A stretch of 32,000 bases of DNA from an uncultured bacterium (GCA_963704705.1 OY969931.1:810001-842000); one strand, 5' to 3'. Counted from the stretch's first letter, positions 11,452 through 21,204 are shown. Notes: generated by a model from the sequence alone, not told the origin. A program made the numbers and translations.

Positions 11452-13326
11452 TTGAAATCAAAATTTTTATCTAAAAAATCAAACATCGAAGCGATATTTT
11501 ATTCATTGGTGTTTTTTTTACCTTTAATTATAAATCCTTTTGGCCAGACTCCTTATGAAATACCGAAAGTTGCCATTTTAATAATATTTGTAAGCCTTGG
11601 ATTGGTGCTTACATATATTTATTCTGTTTTCATAAAGAAAGAACTTTTTGTAAATAAATTTGCATTAATCGCAGTATCGCTCTGGTTTGGATCAGCATTA
11701 ATTTCAACACTTCTTTCAAAAGCTCCTCTGGAAAGTTTTTGGGGAAGTTATGAGCGCATGCAGGGCTTATTGCAATTAATATATTATTTGGTGCATTTTA
11801 TTTTATGTATACATTTAATTCAAAATGAGAAATTTAAAAAATTCGCATTTTTATTCACTAATATTGCGGGCGGTATTATTTCGATTTATGCGATATTACA
11901 ATATTTTTCTATCGATCCTCTCCAAATAGGAAACATCGATATTTTCAGCGGAAGAACATATTCAACAATCGGCCAACCGAACATGCTTGCCCAATGGCTG
12001 ATATTCCCCTTTTTTATAAATTTATTTTCAATACTTAAAGAAAAAAAGAAATTAATATACGGTATTTTGCTCGGCATTAATTTAGCAGCGCTTATAACCA
12101 CATTCAGCAAAGCTGCATTTATTGGGATATTTATAGCTTTATTGCTGTTTTTCATTCATTCAATTGCAACAAAAAAAATAAACAAAAAATTAAAAGTATT
12201 AGTAATATTCAGTTTATTATTATTTATTATAATAACAGCTGGAACAATACTTAAAACAGGCACACGCTCATCATTCTCCCGAATTGTACTTTGGGAAGAA
12301 TCTTTACCCTTAGTCCAGAATAACTATATTTTTGGGAATGGCACTGAAACATATTATCAAAACGTACAAAAAGTTCTTACATCCGAAATCTATGAAACTG
12401 AAAATCTTTACGGATTCCCAACAAGAGTTCACTCGGAAGCTTATCAAATCCTCATAGATCAGGGATTTTTCGGTTTAATTCAATATTTATTTTTGTTAGG
12501 ATTTATTGGTTATATTTATTTTAAAAAAGAGATTAAAGAAAAGCATATATTAATAGCTTTTTATTCGATTGTAGCCAGTTATATTGCGGTTCAATTCAGT
12601 TTTTCATTTTCAGCGCAAATTATTTTTCTGGCATTTTGTTTAGCGATTTTAATTAACCAATATCTGCCTATCACAAAATTAAAATTCAAAAAACGTGCAA
12701 AATGGCTAAAATTAGGTATTTTAATACCTTTGATATTATTTTTTGGATGGTCAGCAAAATATGCCTACGGTCTGATTATGTCGGATTATTATTATCAACA
12801 AACTTTATCAAGCTATTTTGATGACAAAAAAGTTTCATGGGAATTTGCAAAGAATACAATCAATTCAAATCCGCACAGCACATATTATTATTCAAAAATA
12901 ATAGGTTTATTTGCTAAAAATAATTATCAGGAAATTCCAAACTACCTTGATGCCCTGGGTATAATGAGCGGAAACAGTTTTCAGTATTACATAGCTGCTG
13001 CACAGCTTTATGCTGCACAAGACAATTTTGAAAAAACAAATAACGCATTTAATCAGGCTACTGAATTAGCTCCTTCTTGGACTTTGGGATGGCAGCAATG
13101 GGGTGATTTTCTTGCGGAAAATAACAAAATATATGAAGCGATTGATAAATATGAGCACGTACTGAATCTTGCGCCTGCATATTTATGGGAACCGCAAAAT
13201 GAAAAGAAAAGAATTTTTAAAAAAACAACACCTTTGTTAGACTTTTTAGTGCAAAGACTTCGAAGTCTTTATATTGAAACCGGCCAAAATGATAAAGCCG
13301 ATGAATTACTTTTAATTCTAAATTAA
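11452..13326 (+). CDS. O-antigen ligase-like (Wzy_C/O-antigen polymerase family) polytopic membrane protein with C-terminal TPR repeats
   Basis: More than 10 predicted TM segments. The central ...LAALITTFSKAAFIGIFIALLLFF... and loop ...RVHSEAYQILIDQGFFGL... are typical of the family. The C-terminal ...AAAQLYAAQDNFEKTNNAFNQATELAP...YEAIDKYEHVLNLAP is TPR-like. The TTG start is uncertain. Confidence 0.75.
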   Translation: MKSKFLSKKSNIEAIFYSLVFFLPLIINPFGQTPYEIPKVAILIIFVSLGLVLTYIYSVFIKKELFVNKFALIAVSLWFGSALISTLLSKAPLESFWGSYERMQGLLQLIYYLVHFILCIHLIQNEKFKKFAFLFTNIAGGIISIYAILQYFSIDPLQIGNIDIFSGRTYSTIGQPNMLAQWLIFPFFINLFSILKEKKKLIYGILLGINLAALITTFSKAAFIGIFIALLLFFIHSIATKKINKKLKVLVIFSLLLFIIITAGTILKTGTRSSFSRIVLWEESLPLVQNNYIFGNGTETYYQNVQKVLTSEIYETENLYGFPTRVHSEAYQILIDQGFFGLIQYLFLLGFIGYIYFKKEIKEKHILIAFYSIVASYIAVQFSFSFSAQIIFLAFCLAILINQYLPITKLKFKKRAKWLKLGILIPLILFFGWSAKYAYGLIMSDYYYQQTLSSYFDDKKVSWEFAKNTINSNPHSTYYYSKIIGLFAKNNYQEIPNYLDALGIMSGNSFQYYIAAAQLYAAQDNFEKTNNAFNQATELAPSWTLGWQQWGDFLAENNKIYEAIDKYEHVLNLAPAYLWEPQNEKKRIFKKTTPLLDFLVQRLRSLYIETGQNDKADELLLILN

Positions 13327-13358
13327 AAGGGCTGCTCCGTTTTGGAACAACCCTTTTT
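13327..13358. terminator. Bidirectional terminator hairpin between convergent genes
   Basis: AAGGGCTGCTCC-gtttt-GGAACAACCCTT (13327-13355), flanked by an A-run upstream and TTTTT downstream. Confidence 0.6.
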
Positions 13359-13374
13359 AAAATGTTGATTTAAA

Positions 13375-14340
13375 TTATTGATACCAAGAGCTTCCTAGCA
13401 AATTACTGCAATATTGGCTATCATCACTTGTTAAATTAATTACCTGCATCCAGTTGCTAAGTGCAGCTACGCCATATGCAACCAAATAATCATGTAACAT
13501 TTCACATTGCTCTGTTGATGGATTAAACCAGTTTTGAGGATTCGAAGTATCCGCGCAATATTCCGAATCATCTGCGCTTAAGTTATTTGATTGCATCCAA
13601 ACGCTTAATGCATTCACACCATTAGCAACTAAATAATTATACATGCTTGTACATTCTAGGTTTGTAGGATAATACCAATATTGTCCAATTCTGCTAGCAC
13701 AATATTCAGAGTCTGATCGTGTATAATTATTTGTTATCATCCAATTGCTAAGTGCAACCAATCCGTTTTGTTTAAGATATGAATACATATTATTACATTC
13801 CTGATTTGATGGATAATCCCAAGTAATAGGATAATATGTTAGTTTACAATAAGTAGCAGAACCTTGCGGATAGCCGTTATTAATCATCCAGCTTGTAAAA
13901 TCACCTGTATTTTGTTGCCAATAATTATAAATATCCTCACATTGATTAGCTGATGGATTTCCTGAACCCCACTGAGTTGCGCCGATTACATTGACGCTGC
14001 AATAAATTGCATCAGCTGAAGTATATGGAGGAGTTTGCTGGCTCATCCATTGACTTAATGATCCGGCATCATGAGTAACAAGATATTCATACATTTCCCA
14101 GCATTGTTCTGAAGTTGGATTAACAGTTGGTTCTGGATTTGGCGGAGGAGGTAATGGAGTCGGCTTTGTTGTTTCTTTAACAACTTCTTTTGAAATAGGA
14201 GAAGTAACCGTAACGCGATTCTTCCCTATCAACATTCCCTGAAAATTTTCTCCAAATACACCAGTACTTGCCAGTGCAATGACTACAATTGCAATCCCAA
14301 GAACTGAGATCACACCATAGGTCATTTTTTTGTTTTTCAT
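13375..14340 (-). CDS. Membrane-anchored extracytoplasmic protein with a Pro-rich linker and five tandem ~35-40-aa Cys-bracketed repeats
   Basis: N-terminal TM segment YGVISVLGIAIVVIALA and linker KPTPLPPPPNPEPTV. The repeats have the form (E/Q)C-x2-(M/I)(Y/H)-x-Y(L/W)...(L/F)(S/T)-x-WM...YC, for example NQECNNMYSYLKQNGLVALSNWMITNNYTRSDSEYC and NLECTSMYNYLVANGVNALSVWMQSNNLSADDSEYC. Confidence 0.75.
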   Translation of the reverse strand: MKNKKMTYGVISVLGIAIVVIALASTGVFGENFQGMLIGKNRVTVTSPISKEVVKETTKPTPLPPPPNPEPTVNPTSEQCWEMYEYLVTHDAGSLSQWMSQQTPPYTSADAIYCSVNVIGATQWGSGNPSANQCEDIYNYWQQNTGDFTSWMINNGYPQGSATYCKLTYYPITWDYPSNQECNNMYSYLKQNGLVALSNWMITNNYTRSDSEYCASRIGQYWYYPTNLECTSMYNYLVANGVNALSVWMQSNNLSADDSEYCADTSNPQNWFNPSTEQCEMLHDYLVAYGVAALSNWMQVINLTSDDSQYCSNLLGSSWYQ

Positions 14341-14401
14341 GTTGTTTATTTTTAATTTTAATTCCTTTTATTTTACACTAAAACTGAACTTTTTTCAAGT
14401 G

Positions 14402-14478
14402 TGGTGGGTCAGGCGGGACTCGAACCCGCGACCAATTGCTTAAGAGGCAACTGCTCTAACCAACTGAGCTACTGACCC
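14402..14478 (-). tRNA. tRNA-Lys (anticodon CTT) with genomically encoded CCA
   Basis: Minus strand: GGGTCAGTAGCTCAGTTGGTTAGAGCAGTTGCCTCTTAAGCAATTGGTCGCGGGTTCGAGTCCCGCCTGACCCACCA. It has a 7-bp acceptor stem GGGTCAG/CTGACCC, anticodon stem GTTGC/GCAAT with loop CTCTTAA, and T-arm GCGGG-TTCGAGT-CCCGC. Confidence 0.95.
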
Positions 14479-14491
14479 ATGCGCACGAACA

Positions 14492-14521
14492 AATGTACCA
14501 TAAGCTTAACTCCCCTTTCAA
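14492..14521 (-). promoter_or_regulatory. Possible tRNA promoter TTGAAA-N18-TACATT
   Basis: The minus strand has -35 at 14521..14516 and -10 at 14497..14492, about 14 nt before the tRNA 5' end. Confidence 0.35.
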
Positions 14522-14565
14522 GCTTTGGTTTTTTTGGGTAGAATAGGCGTGCCTATAACCTAACT

Positions 14566-15714
14566 ATGAATAATCCAAATCACAAAAAGATCCTTTTTTA
14601 TACTGATACTCCTTATGTTGGGGGCGCAGAAAATCAGATGTATCTTCTTGCCAAATTCCTAAATAAAGAAAAATACGAAGTAATTTTGGTTTGCTCCGAT
14701 TATAAAAAACTTGAGGATTGGGCTGCCCGTTTTGAACGTGAAGGAGTTCGTATAATAAAATTAACAGTGGCGCATAAACATGATCCGCGTCATTACTTTC
14801 AACTTAAAGAAATTTTAAAAACCGAGATTCCGGACATTATTCATTTGCATGTGTGGAATCCTGCAAGTTGCCGGTATGCGTTTATGGCTGCAAATAAATA
14901 TAAATTCCCTATCGTGGTCACAGAACACGACCCTTTTGAGTTATCAAAATTAAAGAAATATATTAAGAACAAATTAATGAAACGTGTTCAAAAAATTATT
15001 ACAGTTTCAGATTCCAATCACGAACTTATGCAAAGCCTTTTCCCTGAACAAAAAAATAGAACAATAACTATACATAACGGAATCGATACAACATGGTTTG
15101 AATCACAGCTTTTAAACTTCTCAAAAAACAAACGAACAGAATTTAGAGGTAAAGAGTTCGAAGCTGATAACGAAACAAAGGTAATCTTAAGCGTTGCTGA
15201 ACTTCACGAACGAAAAGGTCTTAAACATTTAATCAAAGCGCTTCCTAAAGTACTGGCTAAAAACGCTAATGTTCGCCTGGTCATTGCAGGTGATGGTCCT
15301 CATAAAAAAGACCTTATAAAACTTATAAACGACGAAAAGCTTTCAGGCTATGTGCGTCTGCTTGGTCACAGAAAAGACATCCCACAGATAATGGCTTCAA
15401 GCGATGTATTTGTTTTGCCGAGCGAAAAAGAAGCTTTTGGCCTTGTTCTGCTTGAAGCAATGACAGCAAAACTTCCAATAGTCGCGAGTAATGTAGGCGG
15501 GATTCCCGAGATAATTCAGGATGGTATTAACGGAGACCTTGTTGATCCATTTAACCACGATGTAATGGCTGAGAAAATTTTAGAATTTTTTAATGATAAT
15601 TTTAAAATTCGTGAGTATACTGATGCAGGATACGATCTGCTCAAGTTTAAATTTGATGCCAAATCAATGGCAAAAAACTACGAAGATGTATATGACCAAA
15701 TAATAAATGGCTAA
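14566..15714 (+). CDS. Glycosyltransferase family 4 (GT-B, RfaG-like)
   Basis: ...VGGAENQMYLLAKFL... at the N-terminus and the C-terminal E-x7-E region ...SEKEAFGLVLLEAMTAKLPIVASNVGGIPEIIQDGINGDLV. Confidence 0.9.
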   Translation: MNNPNHKKILFYTDTPYVGGAENQMYLLAKFLNKEKYEVILVCSDYKKLEDWAARFEREGVRIIKLTVAHKHDPRHYFQLKEILKTEIPDIIHLHVWNPASCRYAFMAANKYKFPIVVTEHDPFELSKLKKYIKNKLMKRVQKIITVSDSNHELMQSLFPEQKNRTITIHNGIDTTWFESQLLNFSKNKRTEFRGKEFEADNETKVILSVAELHERKGLKHLIKALPKVLAKNANVRLVIAGDGPHKKDLIKLINDEKLSGYVRLLGHRKDIPQIMASSDVFVLPSEKEAFGLVLLEAMTAKLPIVASNVGGIPEIIQDGINGDLVDPFNHDVMAEKILEFFNDNFKIREYTDAGYDLLKFKFDAKSMAKNYEDVYDQIING

Positions 15715-17026
15715 AGTTAAATCAAATTTTGTTTGTGCGCAGTGCGGCTATCAAAGCCCAAAATGGACAGGTAAATGTCCTGACTGTGAAGCCTGGAACT
15801 CATTTAGTGAACAAAAAATTGAATCAAAATCCAGCTCTTCAAAAATCAAGGCACATGCCCGTGAAGTGTCCCCTCTTATTCTTACAGATGTTAAAGAAAA
15901 ACGAATCCCATTAAAAATGGAAGAAATAAATCGCGTACTTGGCGGCGGAATCATGGAGGGCTCGCTAATACTGCTCACCGGCGAACCAGGAATCGGCAAA
16001 TCAACACTTACCTTGCAAATCTGCGACCAGCTAACAGACGGTTCAGCAAAAATTCTATATATTTCAGGAGAAGAATCCCAAAATCAAATCGCGTCGCGTG
16101 CTATACGCCTTGGAATTAAAAGCGAACGCATATCGTTTTTGGCTGAAACAAGCCTCGATACAATAATGGAAACCGTACGCACTTTTAAACCTGACTTTAT
16201 AGTTGTGGACTCGGTTCAGGTTATGCAATCAGCTGATCTCACAAGTTTTGCGGGCAGCATAGGTCAAATACGTTACACTGCAGAACAATTCATGGAGTAC
16301 GCAAAAACACGCAATGTACCGGTTCTTCTTATCGGACATGTTACAAAAGACGGTAATATTGCAGGCCCACGTGTTTTGGAACATTTAGTCGACACTGTAT
16401 TATATTTGGAAGGTGACCGATATAAACAATTCCGCATACTGCGCTCACAAAAAAACCGCTTCGGCTCAACAAACGAGATAGGAATCTTTGAAATGGCAAG
16501 CGACGGCTTAAGAGAAGTTAGCAATCCTTCGGCAGGCTTTTTGGAGGGACGAAAACTTGACGCCATAGGCTCTGCGATAACAGTTACAATGGAAGGAACA
16601 AGACCTCTACTCGTAGAAGTTCAGGCGCTTTCGAACTTAACGCCCTTTGGCTATCCAAAGCGAACATCAACAGGATTTGACGTTAATAGAGCTCAACTTC
16701 TAATTTCTGTTCTTCAAAAGTACGCAAAAATAAATCTTTCAAATCAGGATATTTTCGTTAATGTTGTTGGCGGAATGAGGCTTAAAGATCCCTCTTGTGA
16801 CCTTGGTGTTTTAATGGCGATCGCAAGCAGCTTTCTTCAAAAATCAATACCTTCAGATACGTGCTTCATAGGCGAAGTAGGCCTTTCAGGCGAAATTCGC
16901 ACAGTTGCGAATATCGACAAACGAATTAAAGAAGCAAAAAAACTCGGGTTCAAAAAAGTGATTACCCCTGAGGAAGTCAAAAATATTGTTGATGCAATTA
17001 AAGCACTTGGTAACCGCTTGACTTAA
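15707..17026 (+). CDS. radA: DNA repair protein RadA/Sms
   Basis: Zinc finger FVCAQCGYQSPKWTGKCPDCEAWNSF, Walker A GEPGIGKSTL, the KNRFG motif (QKNRFGSTNEIGIFEM) and a Lon-like C-terminal domain. It overlaps the upstream GT4 gene by 8 nt. Confidence 0.95.
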   Translation: MAKVKSNFVCAQCGYQSPKWTGKCPDCEAWNSFSEQKIESKSSSSKIKAHAREVSPLILTDVKEKRIPLKMEEINRVLGGGIMEGSLILLTGEPGIGKSTLTLQICDQLTDGSAKILYISGEESQNQIASRAIRLGIKSERISFLAETSLDTIMETVRTFKPDFIVVDSVQVMQSADLTSFAGSIGQIRYTAEQFMEYAKTRNVPVLLIGHVTKDGNIAGPRVLEHLVDTVLYLEGDRYKQFRILRSQKNRFGSTNEIGIFEMASDGLREVSNPSAGFLEGRKLDAIGSAITVTMEGTRPLLVEVQALSNLTPFGYPKRTSTGFDVNRAQLLISVLQKYAKINLSNQDIFVNVVGGMRLKDPSCDLGVLMAIASSFLQKSIPSDTCFIGEVGLSGEIRTVANIDKRIKEAKKLGFKKVITPEEVKNIVDAIKALGNRLT

Positions 17027-17038
17027 TGCTCATTTTAA

Positions 17039-17068
17039 GTATAGTATTGATGTAATTTAATACTATAC
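17039..17068. repeat. AT-only 10-bp inverted repeat between radA and the next gene
   Basis: GTATAGTATT (17039-17048)/AATACTATAC (17059-17068). Possibly a weak terminator or regulatory hairpin. Confidence 0.3.
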
Positions 17069-17072
17069 ATTT

Positions 17073-17483
17073 ATGAATAATAACAACCCAGAAAAAACAA
17101 GTTCAGGTGCTGAACAATCTCCTGAAGAAATAGGTCGGGAAATTATACAATTATTCAAAGATAATGGTTTTGTTGATTGCAAAAGTGCTGCTGTTACTGA
17201 GGGCGTGATAGCTCTACACAAAGGCTCTTTATTAGTACGCATTGCTCCATGGAAACAAGCATCATCAGGTTGGGAACTTTCTTTTGAACATTGGATGAAT
17301 ATTGCTGAGCCGGATGGATTGATGCTAACAATAAGAAAAAAACTAGGTTTAGAATCCAGGGGTATTTATAATCAGGAAAAAACAAATCCTATCGCAGTAC
17401 TTGAATCGACAGGCAGATTCAAAAAAGGAAAATCTGCAGGAATATGTAGTACAGGACTTACTTTTTCTATTGAAATGGCTTAA
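17073..17483 (+). CDS. Hypothetical protein, 136 aa
   Basis: ORF track, no family recognised. It converges on and overlaps 17467..17739 by 17 nt. Confidence 0.55.
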   Translation: MNNNNPEKTSSGAEQSPEEIGREIIQLFKDNGFVDCKSAAVTEGVIALHKGSLLVRIAPWKQASSGWELSFEHWMNIAEPDGLMLTIRKKLGLESRGIYNQEKTNPIAVLESTGRFKKGKSAGICSTGLTFSIEMA

Positions 17484-17739
17484 AACATTCTTTTTTTTCA
17501 ACTGCCTTTCCAATTTCAGTTAATTCTTTCCATGGAACAACCTTAACAGCTACTGTTTTGCTTATATCAGGAGCATTTCCCAAAACTCCAATTGTACCTT
17601 CAACACCTAAATCAATAAATTTTTGAACTGTGCGTTCAATAACAGATTCAACTGGTTCACCAGGAGTAACTCTTGTAACGTCAGATATGACTTCCAAACC
17701 TTCATTCAGAAATCTTTTTGCCATATTTATATTTTCCAT
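17467..17739 (-). CDS. Hypothetical small protein, 90 aa (possibly starting at Met6, MAKRFLNEG...)
   Basis: ORF track. Third gene of a tightly packed trio on the minus strand. Confidence 0.55.
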   Translation of the reverse strand: MENINMAKRFLNEGLEVISDVTRVTPGEPVESVIERTVQKFIDLGVEGTIGVLGNAPDISKTVAVKVVPWKELTEIGKAVEKKECFKPFQ

Positions 17740-17755
17740 AAATACTTTTAATTAA

Positions 17756-18013
17756 TTATAAAACTGCTACCCCCAGATCAGTTAAAATATCAATCATTGC
17801 ATGCTTGAATTCCTCTTTTGTAAAACCTTTACGTAATATTACAAACGTGAATTTAAATCCCTTATTAGTTAATTCACAAAATAATTTATCCCGGGTTGAT
17901 GGTCCATCATCCACCTCTATTCTTACGGGATTAGCTCTTAATTTTTCTAATGACTCCATATGTTCTCTAAAAAAGCTGCCGATGTGTGTTTCTGAATAAA
18001 AATTGACTTCCAT
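17756..18013 (-). CDS. Hypothetical small protein, 85 aa
   Basis: ORF track. Its start is 1 nt after the stop of 18015..18251. Confidence 0.55.
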   Translation of the reverse strand: MEVNFYSETHIGSFFREHMESLEKLRANPVRIEVDDGPSTRDKLFCELTNKGFKFTFVILRKGFTKEEFKHAMIDILTDLGVAVL

Positions 18014-18014
18014 A

Positions 18015-18251
18015 TTATTTGGATTTATTTCTTATTAATAAAATAAAAAATTTTTTTGGATCATCAATGGCTTCAAAGCAATCTACTATAACCTGCATTC
18101 CGCGTTTTCTAAATATTTCCTGATATTTACTCACCACTTCTTCGGGAGGCTGAAACATACCTTCTTTTGCAACTTGTAAGCTTGCTTCGCCTTGTATTTC
18201 AATCATTCTTTTTACGTATTTAGCTACATTTTCATTTGAATATAAAGACAT
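18015..18251 (-). CDS. Hypothetical small protein, 78 aa
   Basis: ORF track. Preceded by its own promoter-like element. Confidence 0.55.
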   Translation of the reverse strand: MSLYSNENVAKYVKRMIEIQGEASLQVAKEGMFQPPEEVVSKYQEIFRKRGMQVIVDCFEAIDDPKKFFILLIRNKSK

Positions 18252-18271
18252 TTAAAAAATTTATGGAGTTT

Positions 18272-18299
18272 ATAATAACAAAAACTCCAAAATTGTCAA
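18272..18299 (-). promoter_or_regulatory. Promoter TTGACA-N16-TATTAT for the three-gene small-protein cluster, overlapping a 7-bp hairpin
   Basis: The minus strand has -35 at 18299..18294 and -10 at 18277..18272. The inverted repeat GGAGTTT (18265-18271)/AAACTCC (18282-18288) may also terminate tatD. Confidence 0.45.
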
Positions 18300-18303
18300 C
18301 AGC

Positions 18304-19062
18304 TTAAATTTTAAAGAATCGCTCAGCATTCTGCGTTGTGATTTTTGCAACGTCTTCAAAACTCATGCTTTTAAGATAAGCTATTTCATTTGCCACCTCT
18401 TTAACAAAAGCAGGCTCATTTGTTTGCTTTCTGAACTTTTGGGGCGTTAAGTACGGGCAATCCGTCTCAACCATCATTGCATCTGGCGGACACTCGCCTA
18501 CAACTTCTCGCAACATATGAGCATTTGGATAAGTAATATTGCCTGTAAATGAAGTAAAAAATCCAGCCATCCAAACTTCGCGCGCAAATTGCACATTGCT
18601 TCCGAAACAATGAAAAACAACATCTTTAATCCCCTGCTCCTTAAGCACTTGCAGACTATCCTTATCAGCTTCCCTGTTATGAACGATTAACGGCTTATTT
18701 AATTGCTTAGCAAGATCAATATGCTTTATAAAAACCTCTTTTTGGATATCCCGCGGACTGAAATCTCGATAATAATCCAAACCTGTCTCGCCTATCCCAA
18801 CAACTTTTTCATTCTGAGCAAGTTCACATAGATCGCGCCAGATTTGATCAGTCATTTCTTTGGCATCATGTGGATGAAATCCAACAGTCGCATAAACACC
18901 GTCATTTTGCTCGGCAATCTCAATTGCCTGACGCGTTGACTCCAAATCACAGCCAACAACAATCATTTTTGCAACTTTGGCTTCATGGGCACGATGAATT
19001 ACACCTTTTACATCAAGGTTAAGGGGCTTAAACTGAATATGACAATGTGTATCAATTAGCAT
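18304..19062 (-). CDS. tatD: TatD family metal-dependent hydrolase/DNase
   Basis: MLIDTHCHIQF..., ...GETGLDYYRD..., ...VHNREA..., ...VFHCFGS... and ...VETDCPYL are the canonical TatD/YcfH motifs. Confidence 0.9.
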   Translation of the reverse strand: MLIDTHCHIQFKPLNLDVKGVIHRAHEAKVAKMIVVGCDLESTRQAIEIAEQNDGVYATVGFHPHDAKEMTDQIWRDLCELAQNEKVVGIGETGLDYYRDFSPRDIQKEVFIKHIDLAKQLNKPLIVHNREADKDSLQVLKEQGIKDVVFHCFGSNVQFAREVWMAGFFTSFTGNITYPNAHMLREVVGECPPDAMMVETDCPYLTPQKFRKQTNEPAFVKEVANEIAYLKSMSFEDVAKITTQNAERFFKI

Positions 19063-19101
19063 AAATTTAATGTATCATATTTCTCGCAATAAATTAATGA
19101 T

Positions 19102-21204
19102 ATGAAAGCCAGTATTTTAATTGTACATTTTGGGGACGCAAAGCCGACTTTAAAGTGTATTAAGTCGATTAATAAGTCAGGTGCAAAGGATTATGAAATT
19201 ATATTGGTTGATAATAATTTAACTGACCGCGATCGCGAGAGGTTTAAAAATGTACGATATTTTAAAAGTGACCTGAACAATTACTGTCATGCCTTAAATA
19301 TTGGCTTCAAAAAAGCTAAAAATGACATTGTAGTTGTTCTGAACCCTGACACTGAAGTTCGTAAAGACTGGTTAAAAGAAATTATGCGCCCTTTTTCAAA
19401 CAAAAAAATCGCAGGAGTTTCTTCAAAAATCCTCTTCAAAAAAACAGGTAAAATAAACAGCCTTGGAATCGAAGAAATAAATAATTACTACTACCGAGAT
19501 CTTGCATTCAACGAAGAAGACGATCCTGATCTAAAAATAATAAATATTAAATATGCGAGCGGATGCTCAGTGGCATACAGAAAATCAGCAATTAAAAAAG
19601 TCGGCGGTTTTGATGAAGATTTTGTTATGTACGTTGAAGATGTTGATATGGGAATAAAACTGCGTGAAGCCGGATATCAATTGGTTGTTAATCCTAAAAG
19701 CATTGTTTATCACGCGTATCACGGCACTTCAAAAGGAGCTGATTTACCCTGGTATTTCTGCAACAGAAACCGCTTTTTGATAATCGCAAAATATTATCCT
19801 GAAAAGTTCGCAAAGCAAATTCAAAAATCCCATCCATACATAAATAAACAATTCAATTATCTATATGAATTTATCAAAGTCGGAATTCTAAAATTAATAA
19901 AAGAAGGTAAACATGAAAAATATCTGCCAAAAATACTTGAAGAAGTAAGTGATATTTTTCCGCTTGATAGAGTGCAAAACATGATTAATGAAATCGAACT
20001 TTATCTTAGACTTCGCAAACCGCGAGTATGTTTATACGACCATGCGCTTCACTTTATTGGAGGCGGACAAAAATACGGTGCAACAATTGCAGAAGGCTTG
20101 CAAAAGGATTTTGATGTAACTTTTATTACAAATAAGCCGGTTACAATAAAAAATATTGAAGATTGGTATGACCTTTCGTTATCAAAATGTAAATTAAAAA
20201 TTATTGAGTTGCCAATATGTAAAAAAGAAAAACTCATAAATCCGAGCAAAGCCGAAACAATGGCGGAAAATCCATTTGCTAAAGTTGAAGATGAAGTTTT
20301 AAATTACGATGTTTTGATAAATGTGAATATGGTTCCGCATGTAAATGCTTTGGCACTGAGGAATTTATTTTTATGTCATTTTCCGGATGTAAATCGCTTA
20401 AATCACTTTTATGTCGCTGAATACGATACAATTATCGCAAATTCAAAATATACAGAAGGCTGGATAAAAAAACGCTGGAAACTGGATGCTGATGAAATAG
20501 TTTATCCTCCTGTTGATATGGAATACAAAGGCAAACCCGTTAAAAAAGAAAATATTATTTTAAGTGTTTCACGTTTTGAAGAAACCGGTTCAAAAAAACA
20601 GCTTGAAATGATAAAGGAATTTAAAAAACTTAAGCCTGGTAAAAACTGGAAGCTTATTTTAGCTGGCGGAGCACTCAAAAACAGCAAATATCTTGAAAGA
20701 GTTCGTGAGCTTATTAAAATGCTTGGTGTAAATGCAGAAGTTTATGAAAACATTTCAAACAACGAACTAAAAAAACTATATGCACGAGCCAAAATATTTT
20801 GGCATGCATGCGGGCTTGGAGTTGATGAAGCAAAATATCCTCATTTAATAGAACATTTTGGCATGACCACTGTTGAAGCAATGCAAAACGGCTGCGTGCC
20901 TGTGGTAATAAACGGCGGAGGCCAGCGCGAAATCATTGAACATAGAAAAAACGGCTTTAAATTCAAAAACGAGAAAGAGCTGCGCAAGTGGACCCTTCGG
21001 CTGATAGCTTCAGAAAAATTGCGTGAAGAAATAAGTAAAATGGCGCAAAAAACAGCTAAAAAGTATGCTAAAGCAAACTTCCAGTCACATTTAAATACAT
21101 TAATAAGTTCGCACATACAGCAAATTACGCACAGTAAAAACTTTATTCCGCAGGGGCACGAAGCTTATAAACGAATTACTTCTTCTTCTGAGACAATTTT
21201 TTAA
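19102..21204 (+). CDS. Bifunctional glycosyltransferase: N-terminal GT2 (GT-A) fused to C-terminal GT4 (GT-B), 700 aa
   Basis: The N-terminal part ...ILIVHFGDAKPTLKCIKSI...YEIILVDNN...NPDTEV...YVEDVDMGIKLREAGY is GT2-like. The C-terminal part ...LSVSRFEETGSKKQLEMI...EHFGMTTVEAMQNGCVPVVINGGGQREII is GT4-like. Confidence 0.85.
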   Translation: MKASILIVHFGDAKPTLKCIKSINKSGAKDYEIILVDNNLTDRDRERFKNVRYFKSDLNNYCHALNIGFKKAKNDIVVVLNPDTEVRKDWLKEIMRPFSNKKIAGVSSKILFKKTGKINSLGIEEINNYYYRDLAFNEEDDPDLKIINIKYASGCSVAYRKSAIKKVGGFDEDFVMYVEDVDMGIKLREAGYQLVVNPKSIVYHAYHGTSKGADLPWYFCNRNRFLIIAKYYPEKFAKQIQKSHPYINKQFNYLYEFIKVGILKLIKEGKHEKYLPKILEEVSDIFPLDRVQNMINEIELYLRLRKPRVCLYDHALHFIGGGQKYGATIAEGLQKDFDVTFITNKPVTIKNIEDWYDLSLSKCKLKIIELPICKKEKLINPSKAETMAENPFAKVEDEVLNYDVLINVNMVPHVNALALRNLFLCHFPDVNRLNHFYVAEYDTIIANSKYTEGWIKKRWKLDADEIVYPPVDMEYKGKPVKKENIILSVSRFEETGSKKQLEMIKEFKKLKPGKNWKLILAGGALKNSKYLERVRELIKMLGVNAEVYENISNNELKKLYARAKIFWHACGLGVDEAKYPHLIEHFGMTTVEAMQNGCVPVVINGGGQREIIEHRKNGFKFKNEKELRKWTLRLIASEKLREEISKMAQKTAKKYAKANFQSHLNTLISSHIQQITHSKNFIPQGHEAYKRITSSSETIF

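Noticed and set aside
14341-14565. tRNA-Lys as an integration site for the accessory region
   Set aside because: The accessory cassette region ends about 3 kb away, at roughly 11.4 kb. No partial tRNA duplicate (att-like direct repeat of the tRNA 3' end) and no integrase was seen in the window.
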